This document shows, piece by piece, positions 41,398-51,894 of a DNA stretch of 64,000 bases. Both the position numbers and the translations under genes were made by a program. The stretch is from the NCBI GenBank assembly GCA_021513715.1, contig CP084167.1, positions 864,001 to 928,000 of the forward strand, in the 5' to 3' direction. The notes under the pieces were generated by a model. It did not search any database. It saw nothing but the letters and a program-made list of their open reading frames with translations, and was not told the DNA's origin. The number at the start of each line of letters is the position of its first letter. Position 1 is the stretch's first letter. The DNA comes from Candidatus Heimdallarchaeum endolithica (GTDB lineage Archaea > Asgardarchaeota > Heimdallarchaeia > Heimdallarchaeales > Heimdallarchaeaceae).

Positions 41398-42141
41398 ATG
41401 AATATTAATCCTTATATCATAGCCCATCGGGGTTTTTCTGGTAAATACCCTGAAAATACTATTCTAGCGATTAACAATTCAATTGGAAAAGCGGATATTG
41501 TTGAATTTGATGTTCAGATTACAAAAGATAAATATGTAGTACTATTTCATGATGAAACAACAAAGAGGATTTTTCCTGAGAGTAGAGAAAAGAGGATTCA
41601 AGAAATACAATATCATGAACTAGAAAAATTAAATGCTAGTAATTGGTTTTCATCAAAGATAGAAAAACAGATTATTCCAAAGCTTGAAGACGTAATAAAA
41701 AAAATAAATAACAAGATTTCAATCATAATCGAACTAAAAAATAAAGGTGAAAAAGAAGAGAAAGTAGAACTAGCTACTAAAGTGATAAATATTTTGGATG
41801 ATAACAAAGTCTCTCTAAAAAAAGGATATCTGTCAGTACGAGATGTAGAAATGCTTAAAATTATTCACTCTCTTTCTTCTAAATATAAAATAGGTTTAAT
41901 GCAGAAAAATAGAAAACCAGAAGAGTTTATAGAACTAGTTGAAAAAAATAACATTGAATTTGCACAAATTAGATGGAAAAATTGGTCTGAAAGTAATTGG
42001 CAAGATCTCTTATCCCTTAAAACCAAAGTCACTGCTTTTTATGCAGATGAAGAAGAGGAATATAATTTTTTAATTAAAAAGCAAGTTTATGGTATTTTTA
42101 CTAACTTTCCTGATAGGTTAAGAAAAAAATTATATGAGTAA
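41398..42141 (+). CDS. Glycerophosphodiester phosphodiesterase
   Basis: IAHRG....PENT, VEFDV, FHD, IELK and GIFTNFP motifs. Confidence 0.92.
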   Translation: MNINPYIIAHRGFSGKYPENTILAINNSIGKADIVEFDVQITKDKYVVLFHDETTKRIFPESREKRIQEIQYHELEKLNASNWFSSKIEKQIIPKLEDVIKKINNKISIIIELKNKGEKEEKVELATKVINILDDNKVSLKKGYLSVRDVEMLKIIHSLSSKYKIGLMQKNRKPEEFIELVEKNNIEFAQIRWKNWSESNWQDLLSLKTKVTAFYADEEEEYNFLIKKQVYGIFTNFPDRLRKKLYE

Positions 42142-42144
42142 TTT

Positions 42145-42891
42145 TTAGTTCTTCTTTCCTACAGCAGCTGCATAAATAATAAATTGATCCTTTCCATCAA
42201 TATTTAGTAACTTATTTAGTTCATCATCGTGAAAAGCACCTATAGCACAAGTTCCACAATTTATGTTTTCTGATGCAAGATAAATATTCTGACAAACATG
42301 TCCTGCATCTAAGAATAGATATCGATAACCTCTTTCTCCATATCTCCACACCATTCTATAAGTAATAGCTACCCAAAAGAACGTCACTGCACTGTTTTTT
42401 ACCATACTTTGGTTATATGAAGCTTTTGTAAACTTTTCAGAAAGATTTTCAGAATTATCAATAAACAACAAACTATGCTTTGAAGCAATATATCTATAGA
42501 GTCCAGGTTCTAGATTTTTAACATTATTAACCAACAAAAAAGTTTCAAAAGCATGCCTTGCACCAGCTGAAGGAACAGTTCTTAGAGTATAAGTTTGCCT
42601 CATAAATTCTTTTATTCCCTGGGAAGACCATAGAAGCCAACTAAGCTCTAACAAACTTATTGGAGTAGAGGAATATTTTCTAAGCGATTTTCTACTTGCA
42701 ATACACTCTTCTAAAGAAATTTTAGGGATATCGCTAAAATCTTTACTTAACTTTATTAATTCAGCATTTTTATCCCATGGTAGTTCTAAAGGAGGAGAAG
42801 GAGCCCCTTTACCTTGATCACTTCGAGAAAGATATTTATATTTAGTTTTTTCGACAAACTCTCTACCAATATTTTTGCCAGTCATAATCAT
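42145..42891 (-). CDS. SagB/ThcOx-family nitroreductase
   Basis: RKSLRKY, RTVPSAGARH, DAGHVCQN and CAIGAF motifs. Confidence 0.9.
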   Translation of the reverse strand: MIMTGKNIGREFVEKTKYKYLSRSDQGKGAPSPPLELPWDKNAELIKLSKDFSDIPKISLEECIASRKSLRKYSSTPISLLELSWLLWSSQGIKEFMRQTYTLRTVPSAGARHAFETFLLVNNVKNLEPGLYRYIASKHSLLFIDNSENLSEKFTKASYNQSMVKNSAVTFFWVAITYRMVWRYGERGYRYLFLDAGHVCQNIYLASENINCGTCAIGAFHDDELNKLLNIDGKDQFIIYAAAVGKKN

Positions 42892-42980
42892 ACTTAAGTA
42901 ATAAGATTATTAAAATTGTTCCTTTTAAAGGTGCATTATTACTTTAAAAAACTTAAAAAAGCTTTAAAATAATTTCACAT

Positions 42981-43595
42981 GTGACACAAAGGAACTATAA
43001 AATAGTACTTATTGGAAACGCCCTTGTAGGAAAAACTGCTATAGTCACACGCTTTGCCAAGGATTATTTTGAACAAAATTACTTACGGACACTAGTAATT
43101 AATTACTACATAAAGACTCAAATAATAAATAATGTTGAAGTTAAAATGATTATCACTGATACAGCTGGACAGGAAGCTTTTCAACGTCTCAGGAGTTCAT
43201 ATTATAAGGGAGCTAGAGGAGCGATAATTGTTTACTCAATTAACGACCGTCACAGCTTTGGACAAGTTGAATACTGGAAAAATGAGATGTTCAAAACTTT
43301 AAACGAACTTCCAATAATAATTGTAGGAAACAAAATCGATTTATTAGAACAAAGAAAAGTATCCACCAGTGAGGGGCGTCTATTAGCCAAAAAATTAGGT
43401 TGTTTATTCATTGAATCATCTGCCAAAACAGGAGAAAACATAAATGAAATCTTTAAAATGATAGTAAAAGATATACTAAGAAAAGATGATTTAATCTCTA
43501 CAAATGGAGAAAAAGAAGATATTCAAGTAGATAAAGAAGAAGAACAAAAACCAGTAAATGAAGAAGAAATAGAAAATAAACAACAAGAACAATAA
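42981..43595 (+). CDS. Rab-like small GTPase
   Basis: GNALVGKT, DTAGQE, YYKGA, GNKID, ESSAK; acidic tail with no terminal Cys. Confidence 0.92.
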   Translation: MTQRNYKIVLIGNALVGKTAIVTRFAKDYFEQNYLRTLVINYYIKTQIINNVEVKMIITDTAGQEAFQRLRSSYYKGARGAIIVYSINDRHSFGQVEYWKNEMFKTLNELPIIIVGNKIDLLEQRKVSTSEGRLLAKKLGCLFIESSAKTGENINEIFKMIVKDILRKDDLISTNGEKEDIQVDKEEEQKPVNEEEIENKQQEQ

Positions 43596-43659
43596 GAAGA
43601 ATTAAAAATCTAAAAAATAATTTGAAAAAGAAAGTTTAATCAAAAGAAGGTTTCTACTA

Positions 43660-44424
43660 ATGCAAGAAGTAGTTTTCTTTACCTACTACCAATATATCTT
43701 TTTATCAATAGGCATTGTTGCATTTTTTCTACTACTTAAGGTAACAGCGCCTTATGGAAAACACTTTTCAGAAAAATTTGGCCCTTCAATTAAAGGATCT
43801 TGGGCATGGCTGATAATGGAGTCACCAGCTGCGATTACTACAACAATTCTTCTTTTACTTTCAATAGATAATCTGTCACTCGTTCCTGTCCTTTTGGTTT
43901 GTATTTTTTGTGTTCATTACTACCCCAGAGATTTCATTTACCCCTTTTGGGCAAGAAGAGAAGCTAAAACTCCTTTAATTATCATGTGCTCTGCCATATT
44001 CTTCAACATAAGCAATGCTTACTTACAAACTAGATGGTTACTTAAATTTGCTCCAGAAGATAAATATACTATTGCTTGGCTTTACTCTCCACAATTTATT
44101 ATAGGAAGCTTACTTTTTATTTTAGGATTTATTTTCAATCGAAAAGCAGAAATTACTTTGCGTAAACTAAGAAAAAAAGGAGAAAAAAGCTATAAAATAC
44201 CTCAGGGAGGAATGTTTGAATTTATTTCATGCCCTAATTACTTTTTTGAAATTATTGAATGGATAGGTTGGGCAATATTAACTTGGTCTGTTCCAGGGTT
44301 GGTGTTTATAATATGGACTATTGCTAACCTTGGCCCAAGAGCAATAAGCACACATAAATGGTACAAAAAGAATTTTCCTAATTACCCAAAATCAAGAAAA
44401 GCGCTTATTCCATTTATTTGTTGA
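43660..44424 (+). CDS. Steroid 5-alpha-reductase (SRD5A-like) family, second paralogue
   Basis: APYGKH, WLIMESP, YKIP.GG.F..ISCPNY..EIIEW and YPKSRKALIPF motifs. Confidence 0.9.
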   Translation: MQEVVFFTYYQYIFLSIGIVAFFLLLKVTAPYGKHFSEKFGPSIKGSWAWLIMESPAAITTTILLLLSIDNLSLVPVLLVCIFCVHYYPRDFIYPFWARREAKTPLIIMCSAIFFNISNAYLQTRWLLKFAPEDKYTIAWLYSPQFIIGSLLFILGFIFNRKAEITLRKLRKKGEKSYKIPQGGMFEFISCPNYFFEIIEWIGWAILTWSVPGLVFIIWTIANLGPRAISTHKWYKKNFPNYPKSRKALIPFIC

Positions 44425-44494
44425 AGATTTCTTGTAGATAAAAATTAAAGAGTTTAGGAAAAGATTTTTTATTTAGTAAAGTTACATTTATTTT

Positions 44495-45411
44495 ATGAAA
44501 AGAATAACAAAAGTCTTTTTTTCGGTTAGTTTTCTCTTGCTAATCACTATTATGACCTTTAGTCAATATTCTAAAGGTTTATACTCTTCTGAATTGAAGA
44601 ATAATTCACTATATACTTGGAATGTCCAAACTCTTGAAAAGGTAGGAACTTATACTACTCCTTACCTAACTATTGGTGATGTTGGACTAAAACAAGGTGA
44701 TGTCATAAAATTACGCTTAACAAATGACACAGATGAAGTAGCTAATGGTTCAGTGGCCAATTTATGGGGAAAAGAAACAATATATGGTTTGACCTTTTTA
44801 TTAATGATGAATTTGTGACAAATGACTCTAATGTACCATTATTTGACTTAGATTGGATGGGAATTTCCAGAATATATATGGATTGGGCTAATCAGTATGA
44901 TTTTTATTGGGTTCTACCAGTAAAATTTACTAATCAAACAGGAACTTATGAATTCTTTGAAGTTACACATAGCCTTTTCAACAACCTAAAACAAAGCCAG
45001 AAATTAACACAAGAATACCATGGCTATTATAGCAATATCAGTTGGAACTTAAAACAGATATCAAAATTATCAAACTTGACTTGGTCGCTAGTTGTTTCAT
45101 GGACTTACAAAGAAAAAACAGAAGACAGAACATCACCTGATTGGACTAATATAAATCTTGAAGAAACTATTAACACAGAATTTAGGTTTAATAGAAAAAC
45201 AGGATTATTAGTCTATTTATCATATAAATATAGTCTAAAACAAAATGAAAAATCTGAAGGTGTTGAAACTGACGAAAATGAAAGTTTAGATCTGTTGATA
45301 ACAAGCAACGAGTTACCCACAAAAGCTTCTTCCAACTTTCTATTATTTATGATAGCAATTTTTACAGTAGCAAGTATTAAAATAGTCTATAAAAAACGCC
45401 AGAAAAAATAG
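44495..45411 (+). pseudogene. Surface protein (signal peptide plus C-terminal TM anchor) split by a -1 frameshift
   Basis: ORF 44495..44818 carries the signal peptide; ORF 44764..45411 in the -1 frame carries the TM anchor; junction at G GGA AAA (44767-44773). Confidence 0.7.
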
Positions 45412-45480
45412 TAAATATCCTCTTTCTCTCTTTTTCATTTTTCAAAAAAGTTTATTAGTTTAAAAGAAATGTGATTATTA

Positions 45481-45846
45481 ATGAGTTCCAGCAATTTAAA
45501 TGAAAGATATATTGATTTAGAACAAATTTGCAATGAATACGATATTAGGCTTTTTAAACCTCTTAGTTGGATTTTGATCTTGAACCTTCAACTGATACCT
45601 GAAGAAGATATTCAAAATGACCCAAAACTAAAATTCTCCTATGCTTTGCTTGAAGATAACAAAGAAGAAGCTTTAAAAATCGCAAATGAATTAAAAGAAA
45701 AAGACACAACAATCTCTAAATTCTTTCAACAACTATTGGAATTTGACCCAGGACTAAAAACAACTCTAGAAATAAGTAAAAAATTCTTTGATTTTTCAAA
45801 AAGAAGAATTGAATTTATTAGAGAACATGGTATCAAAGCTTACTAA
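45481..45846 (+). CDS. Hypothetical protein
   Basis: 121-aa helical ORF. Confidence 0.65.
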   Translation: MSSSNLNERYIDLEQICNEYDIRLFKPLSWILILNLQLIPEEDIQNDPKLKFSYALLEDNKEEALKIANELKEKDTTISKFFQQLLEFDPGLKTTLEISKKFFDFSKRRIEFIREHGIKAY

Positions 45847-45867
45847 TTTCTTCTTATTTTTCCAATT

Positions 45868-46182
45868 TCAATAGATAGTTTCTCTCATCCACTCCAAATA
45901 TTCTTCAGAAGAATATATTATTGGTAGAGCTATAATCTCTGGTATTTCGTAAGTATGTTGTTTCTTTATCTCTTCAACAATTATCGGAAATTTGTCAGAA
46001 AAAGTTTTAGCAATCACTAAATACTCTTCTGCTACTTCAATGTTCCCTTTCCACCAATATTTTGAATGTATTTTCGAAATCTGAACGCAGACTACAAGTT
46101 TTTCTTCAAGAAGAAATTTACTTAACCTTTCTGCTTCTTCTTTACTATCAATACTCACATGCAAATGTATTGGTTCATTCAT
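45868..46182 (-). CDS. cutA: Divalent-cation tolerance protein CutA
   Basis: LVVCVQ, SKYWWKG, E, KT, HTYEIPEI and YLEW motifs. Confidence 0.92.
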   Translation of the reverse strand: MNEPIHLHVSIDSKEEAERLSKFLLEEKLVVCVQISKIHSKYWWKGNIEVAEEYLVIAKTFSDKFPIIVEEIKKQHTYEIPEIIALPIIYSSEEYLEWMRETIY

Positions 46183-46270
46183 TGTTTTTTTTTCTCTTTT
46201 TCTCTTTTTAAGTGTATAGGCAAATAGACATATCGAAATATTTAGATACGTAAGTGTTTTTGTTGTAATT

Positions 46271-47596
46271 ATGATTTGGGAAAAGATTCTAGAGATGCTA
46301 GAAAATGGATGGTTAAGTTTACTGGACTACATCTCTTTTCATGTTTTGCTATGTTTAATTCCTGCTTTTTTTATCGCAGGAGCAATGACAGTTTTTATTC
46401 CAAAAAGAGCTATTTTAAAGTATATAGGAAAAGATTCAAAGAAAATAATAGCTTATCCTGCAGCAGCAATAGTTGGTCTTCTTATAGCAGTTTGTTCTTG
46501 TACAGTTTTACCTATTTTTGCAGGAATAAAAAAGAAAGGAGCAGGATTAGGACCCGCAATTACTTTTCTTTTTGCTGCACCAGCTGTAAATATTCTTGCT
46601 TTGGTTTATACTGGGGGCATGATAGGTGCAGATATAGCTATTGCAAGAGCAGTTCTAGCACTATTTTTTTCGATATTAATAGGATATCTAATGGAGTTAC
46701 TTTTTGAACGAAAAAAAGGAGAAATTAAAGAAGATATAAAAGACGAAGATCAATCAAATGAAAAAAGAAAGAAGGAAAAAAAACTTGATTGGAAAGGAAT
46801 CATTAATTTTACTTTAGGAATTCTGGGAATACTCGCAGGAATATTACTTTTAATATTAGACAAAAATTTGTTGAGTTCTATTGGAGTAAACAAACCTTTC
46901 ATTTTTCAATCAATAATATGGATAACTGGATTAGGAATTTTAGTAATCTTTTCTTTTTCTTCTACAAATAAGGAATTGTCATTATTTCTATTTCTAATTT
47001 ATTCTTTATTTACTGGAACCTCTCAAATAACATTCTTTTCTTCTTATTATGGATTAGGAAAAACTACTCTCTCACCTTCTTTTCTCAATATGATAATGAA
47101 AGGAGCTTTAACTCTTATAGTTGCAACATTTATTATTTTCCATACATTCAAGAATTTTGAAAAAGAAGAGAGAAATGAGTGGATGAAAGAAACTTGGTCT
47201 TTTTTCAAATCCATCTTTCCTTTAATTGTTATAGGAGTATTTTTAGCTGGAATGCTAGAGGTAATAATTCCTGAAAAATGGGTACAAACTGTGGTTGGGA
47301 GAAACAGTTTGCTTGGTAATTTTACTGGCGTAATGTTTGGAGTTTTTATGTATTTTCCAACACTAATGGAAGTACCTATAGCAAAAATGTTTCTTAATTT
47401 AGGAATGTCTAGAGGAGTTTTATTGGCCTATTTACTTGCAGATCCTGAACTAAGCATCCAATCGATCTTAGTTACTAGAAAATATCTTGGAGATAAGAAG
47501 AATCTTGTTTATGTCATTTTAGTGATTATTTTTTGTACCATAGCAGGTCTTATTTTTGGAATTGTAGTAAGTAAAGAACCAATATATTGGTATTAG
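46271..47596 (+). CDS. ArsP/DUF318-type permease
   Basis: HVLLCLIPAFFIAG, AVCSCTVLP.F.G, FLFAAPAVN and MYFPTL.EVP motifs. Confidence 0.88.
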   Translation: MIWEKILEMLENGWLSLLDYISFHVLLCLIPAFFIAGAMTVFIPKRAILKYIGKDSKKIIAYPAAAIVGLLIAVCSCTVLPIFAGIKKKGAGLGPAITFLFAAPAVNILALVYTGGMIGADIAIARAVLALFFSILIGYLMELLFERKKGEIKEDIKDEDQSNEKRKKEKKLDWKGIINFTLGILGILAGILLLILDKNLLSSIGVNKPFIFQSIIWITGLGILVIFSFSSTNKELSLFLFLIYSLFTGTSQITFFSSYYGLGKTTLSPSFLNMIMKGALTLIVATFIIFHTFKNFEKEERNEWMKETWSFFKSIFPLIVIGVFLAGMLEVIIPEKWVQTVVGRNSLLGNFTGVMFGVFMYFPTLMEVPIAKMFLNLGMSRGVLLAYLLADPELSIQSILVTRKYLGDKKNLVYVILVIIFCTIAGLIFGIVVSKEPIYWY

Positions 47597-47607
47597 GAGG
47601 TGAAAAA

Positions 47608-47853
47608 ATGAGTGAAAAAAAGAAAATCAAGGTTTTAGGAGCAGGATGTAAGAAATGTAAAAAACAGTTAGAGTATGTTCAACATGCTCTAAGGAAAAAA
47701 AACAAAGAAAATGAATATGAGATAGAATATGTTACAGATCCAGATAAAATAGCAGAAGAAGGAATTTTTTTAACACCTGCACTAATAATTGGTGACAAAG
47801 TTATAAGTGAAGGCAAAATAGTAAGCGAAAATAAACTTGAAAAGATGCTATAA
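47608..47853 (+). CDS. Small thioredoxin-like (redox-active disulfide) protein
   Basis: IKVLGAGCKKC, TPALII; SD GGAGGTGA at 47596-47603 supports the ATG at 47608. Confidence 0.88.
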   Translation: MSEKKKIKVLGAGCKKCKKQLEYVQHALRKKNKENEYEIEYVTDPDKIAEEGIFLTPALIIGDKVISEGKIVSENKLEKML

Positions 47854-47911
47854 AAGCTATATCTCTTTTTTAATTTTTTTACAAAATTTTTGAATTTAGA
47901 AACTTAATCCT

Positions 47912-48712
47912 TTATTCCAGAGCTGCTAACAGTTTATCTTTGTCTTCAGAAGCAATAAAAATCATTGAATTTATATAATCTGTCAAAATTTCTTTTTCAG
48001 TTTCTGTAGGTTTAAAGTTTTGCGCTTGAGTTAAAATGAATATTAACTCTGTTGCCTGTTCTGGATAATGATCAAACAAGTAGATAATACTATTAAATGG
48101 AATGAGATTCAATAATGTTGAACAAAGGTGTCTTACTTCACGTTCAATTTTTTGTGCTAGAGGCTTTAAAATTGAATAGAACTCTCTAAGTTGAAAAGTG
48201 ATGAACTCATAATATGTAGAACCAAATGGGAATCTTTGTTCATGAAGGCTTAAAGCTATATATAAATATACATTTATATAATATTGAATTTTTAGTACTA
48301 TTGTTAAGTTTGTATCTGACCTTGGAGTAAAATACAACTGATAGTTTTTAAAATTCTCAGAGAACTCATTAATTTCTGACACTATATCTTGTGAAAGAAC
48401 TCCTTCTTCATTCTCAATTAATTCTTTAAAAATCGAAAGATATAATTTAGATAAGAAGAATAAAATTGTCTGCATATCCATTTTTTTTTCTTCTATTATC
48501 TTCTTTGCCGTTAAAGAAAAAACAACTAGCTTTTCTATTGGAGTTTCTAATTCTTTTTGTTCTTGGCTAAAGGATGCATTAGGTAATGAAAATAAGGTTT
48601 CTTCAAATTCTCCATTCTCTATTTTTTCTTCAGAATCCTTAGATATTAGTTGAAAAAAAGAGTGGATTGGGAGATATATTCTTATTTTCTCACGTAAAGA
48701 GTGTGAATACAT
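47912..48712 (-). CDS. Helical hypothetical protein
   Basis: 266-aa ORF, 8 bp downstream of the TPR gene. Confidence 0.65.
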   Translation of the reverse strand: MYSHSLREKIRIYLPIHSFFQLISKDSEEKIENGEFEETLFSLPNASFSQEQKELETPIEKLVVFSLTAKKIIEEKKMDMQTILFFLSKLYLSIFKELIENEEGVLSQDIVSEINEFSENFKNYQLYFTPRSDTNLTIVLKIQYYINVYLYIALSLHEQRFPFGSTYYEFITFQLREFYSILKPLAQKIEREVRHLCSTLLNLIPFNSIIYLFDHYPEQATELIFILTQAQNFKPTETEKEILTDYINSMIFIASEDKDKLLAALE

Positions 48713-48720
48713 TCTTACAC

Positions 48721-50037
48721 CTACAAATTAAAATGATGGAATAAGTCTAGAAAATTACCTATCATTTCAGAATAAGCAAGTTCGCCATGCTCTATCATCC
48801 ATTGATAAATTTCTTCAATTCCTTGTAAAAGAGATTTAACATTTGTATTTAAATTCAATTGAGTAATTTGATAGGATAAATAGAAGAATTTAGTCATTTT
48901 TGCTTTTACAATATCTCCATAATTTTCAAAAATATCCATTATTCTTTTCATTTCTTCTTCAATATCTAGATCTTCTAACTCCTTATCTATATCAAAGTTC
49001 ATCAAAATTCCGGAAAAGTCTCTCAACATTGACCTTGACTTATTTTGTATTAAAGCAGGTAGAAAAATAAAAGAAGTTAGGGCTTCTTCATATTCTAAGT
49101 TTTCAGAAATAAAATAGTGCTTTGCTTTCATATAATAATGTGTAGCATCTTTAAATTGCCCTACAGTTTGATTTAATCCAGCTAGTAACCTATAAAGTTT
49201 TGAAGCTAAATCATAATTCTCTATACTTTCAACTGTAGATAATAGTCGCTCTCCCTTTTCTATAGCTTCTTCAGGATTTATCTGTTCTGCACGTAATTCA
49301 AGTTCTATCCTATAAGCGTTCAGAGCTAAAGGTTGAATATCTTCAGGACCGTATTTCTGTATATAGGAATCTATATATTCAACAGTAGTTGAAGGTTCTT
49401 CAGTAAATTGAGAAAGAATAATTTTTTTCTCGAATGCAGACCTTTCAAAGGGCGTTTCTTCAAAATACTTGAGAGCTTTATCTAATTTAGAAAAAGCAGT
49501 CATCACATCTCCTTTTTCAGCATCAATTTGAGCTTCTAAAACGTTTAATTCATGATAATATACTTCGTTTCCAAATTCTTTTGCTTTATCCTTAAGTGTA
49601 GATATAAGTTCCTTGGCTTCATCAAGATTGTGATAAATAATCATTATTTGAGCTCTTAATTGCCAATATCTGAAATATGTCTGGATATTGGCTCTTACAT
49701 CTATGTCTTCTTGCTCTATAGAGTCTAACCATTCTAAACCCAAAGTATACTCTCCATACAAAATGTATGTCGCTGCTAACTCTATTACTGCTTCTATATT
49801 TTCTTGAAGAAGTAATTGATCTCTGGTTTGAAAATAAAGATCTTCTAATATTTCAATAGCTTCTTTCTTTCTTCCAACCAGAGAAAGACATCTAGCAATT
49901 TTTATTTTGATTCTTCTTTCTTCTTCCTCCATCCCTTTTGTGAAAAAGATTGTATGAGCTTTTAAATAATAGTGTAAAGCTTGTTTAAATTTATATTTAG
50001 TAAAAAGTTCATCGCCTTTATCTCTTTCAAAGCTCAT
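48721..50037 (-). CDS. TPR-like repeat protein
   Basis: GDELF.KYKFKQALHYY.KA and similar repeats. Confidence 0.75.
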   Translation of the reverse strand: MSFERDKGDELFTKYKFKQALHYYLKAHTIFFTKGMEEEERRIKIKIARCLSLVGRKKEAIEILEDLYFQTRDQLLLQENIEAVIELAATYILYGEYTLGLEWLDSIEQEDIDVRANIQTYFRYWQLRAQIMIIYHNLDEAKELISTLKDKAKEFGNEVYYHELNVLEAQIDAEKGDVMTAFSKLDKALKYFEETPFERSAFEKKIILSQFTEEPSTTVEYIDSYIQKYGPEDIQPLALNAYRIELELRAEQINPEEAIEKGERLLSTVESIENYDLASKLYRLLAGLNQTVGQFKDATHYYMKAKHYFISENLEYEEALTSFIFLPALIQNKSRSMLRDFSGILMNFDIDKELEDLDIEEEMKRIMDIFENYGDIVKAKMTKFFYLSYQITQLNLNTNVKSLLQGIEEIYQWMIEHGELAYSEMIGNFLDLFHHFNL

Positions 50038-50144
50038 TTAATGCCCTCTATAACTTCAATAATAAATGAAGATAGAAATATATAAACTTGAAGATAATGC
50101 AAAAAAGAATGAGAAGAAAAAAAATAGAACTAAAAAAAAGAAGA

Positions 50145-51575
50145 TTACTCTAATATATTATTTATTTTAAATAATTCCATAACATCTTTAATTTTCTTAT
50201 CCTGATCAATGTTCATATCATTTGTTTCAAGTTCTAAAGATAAAAGCAATTCTGTGGATTTATTACATACAATTCTAATAGTTTCAAGATTAAATTCTTT
50301 AATATTACTAGTATCCCATACATAAGTAATTAACACATTATTTGAATCGTATTCTACTTGCTTCATTACAATTTCTTCATTTTCCAAGAAAGCTTCTAGT
50401 TTAGTCATGTTAATCTTTTTGTTAATATTCAAGGTAATAATGAAATCCCTTAATGCTTTTTTCTCCATTCTTGATTTACTTATCCGTAGATAAACTACTA
50501 AAATCACCCAAGCAACAATACTGGAAAAGAATAAGATCAAGGTAGCTTTCTGATCTTTGTCCAGAGGTAACTTATTAACAATTGAGTTGTAAATAGTTTG
50601 ATCAGAAGATATTTCTCCTATTGCAAAAGCTACAATCTCAAGAATAATTGAACCAGCTAGAATTAGTTCAATCATATCTATCGCTTCACTTGTTCTTGTA
50701 TTTGCTTGTAGAACTTGATTCATAGACTTTGTATTTTGGGTCATTGTTTTATTCATTTTTCTCATTTGCAACTCAGAAAGGGTATTTATGTGATCTCTTT
50801 TTCCTTCCAACTCTGTAAGCAATCCTCTAATTACTTTAGAACTTTCATTTACTCTGTTTTTTATGGTTTCTAATCCATTTTCAATCTCTAAGAAAGCATA
50901 ATCAGATATTCTATCAAAGTTAACTATTAGTTGTTCACAAGAATCTTGTAAAAACTCTTTTACTTGTCCTAAAACGCTAATTGTACTTGATAGAATAGTT
51001 ATCTCTTCTTGCACTTTATTTAAAGCATCAGTGTTTCCTTTTACAGCCATATCAACTAACTTCTGAATTTCATTAGTTTGATCATAAAGTTCCCATACAC
51101 GAGACATGAAACTATCAATAAATATTGTTATTCCTTCTTTGATACCATAATAAATAGAGTAATATTCCAATTCTTTTGTAAATTCCTGTGGTATAAGTAT
51201 AGCTCCTCTATTCCCAAGAAAATAAATTGAATCATTTTCTGAAAAAACACTAAACCCTTCTCCAATTATTTGACTTATTTCAATTTCGCAATCTTCACCA
51301 TCTAAATAGTCTTTTACATCTTCAAACTTCTTATTAATATCTTCTCCAACGATAAGAATAGTTTTAGGTCTATACATTGGATTGCCAAAAATAATTTTGA
51401 TGAAGTTTCTCTGGAACTCAGTAAGAAGAGAGTCTATTACTTGTGAAGAATCTTGTGAAAGATCAGCAATAACTCTAGAAAGCTTATCTAAAGACATAAA
51501 ACTGTTCTTTCCATTTATTTCTTTCAGATCTAAAGAATAAATTATAAAACCTAACTTTGAAATAAATACAGCCAT
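50145..51575 (-). CDS. Coiled-coil plus 2-TM protein, CorA-like architecture without the GMN motif
   Basis: Long helical bundle, two TM segments, C-terminal soluble domain. Confidence 0.6.
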   Translation of the reverse strand: MAVFISKLGFIIYSLDLKEINGKNSFMSLDKLSRVIADLSQDSSQVIDSLLTEFQRNFIKIIFGNPMYRPKTILIVGEDINKKFEDVKDYLDGEDCEIEISQIIGEGFSVFSENDSIYFLGNRGAILIPQEFTKELEYYSIYYGIKEGITIFIDSFMSRVWELYDQTNEIQKLVDMAVKGNTDALNKVQEEITILSSTISVLGQVKEFLQDSCEQLIVNFDRISDYAFLEIENGLETIKNRVNESSKVIRGLLTELEGKRDHINTLSELQMRKMNKTMTQNTKSMNQVLQANTRTSEAIDMIELILAGSIILEIVAFAIGEISSDQTIYNSIVNKLPLDKDQKATLILFFSSIVAWVILVVYLRISKSRMEKKALRDFIITLNINKKINMTKLEAFLENEEIVMKQVEYDSNNVLITYVWDTSNIKEFNLETIRIVCNKSTELLLSLELETNDMNIDQDKKIKDVMELFKINNILE

Positions 51576-51584
51576 TTCTTCAAT

Positions 51585-51890
51585 CTAAACTATTCCCTCT
51601 TCTTCAGGGAAATCAATTACAGCTTCAAGATTAACATATTTGTTAATGTCATAATCTTTCACAGTAACTTTCGTATATTTTCCTTCTGTAAAAAAAGAAG
51701 GAGAATCAGGGTCAGAATCAATTAATCCTGTAAGTAGAGTCTTGGATGAGCTTTTTTCTATATCTAATTTCTTATTAAGTTCTCTCAATTGATTACTGTC
51801 AAAAGGTAACCATTCGATTACAAATATTTTAGGATTTTTTATAAAAAGAATCTCACTTAATTCATCTTTAATATTATCAGTCTTTTCCAT
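51585..51890 (-). CDS. Hypothetical protein
   Basis: 101 aa, tightly linked in a 3-gene operon; SD GAGGTGA upstream. Confidence 0.6.
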   Translation of the reverse strand: MEKTDNIKDELSEILFIKNPKIFVIEWLPFDSNQLRELNKKLDIEKSSSKTLLTGLIDSDPDSPSFFTEGKYTKVTVKDYDINKYVNLEAVIDFPEEEGIV

Positions 51891-51894
51891 TTTT

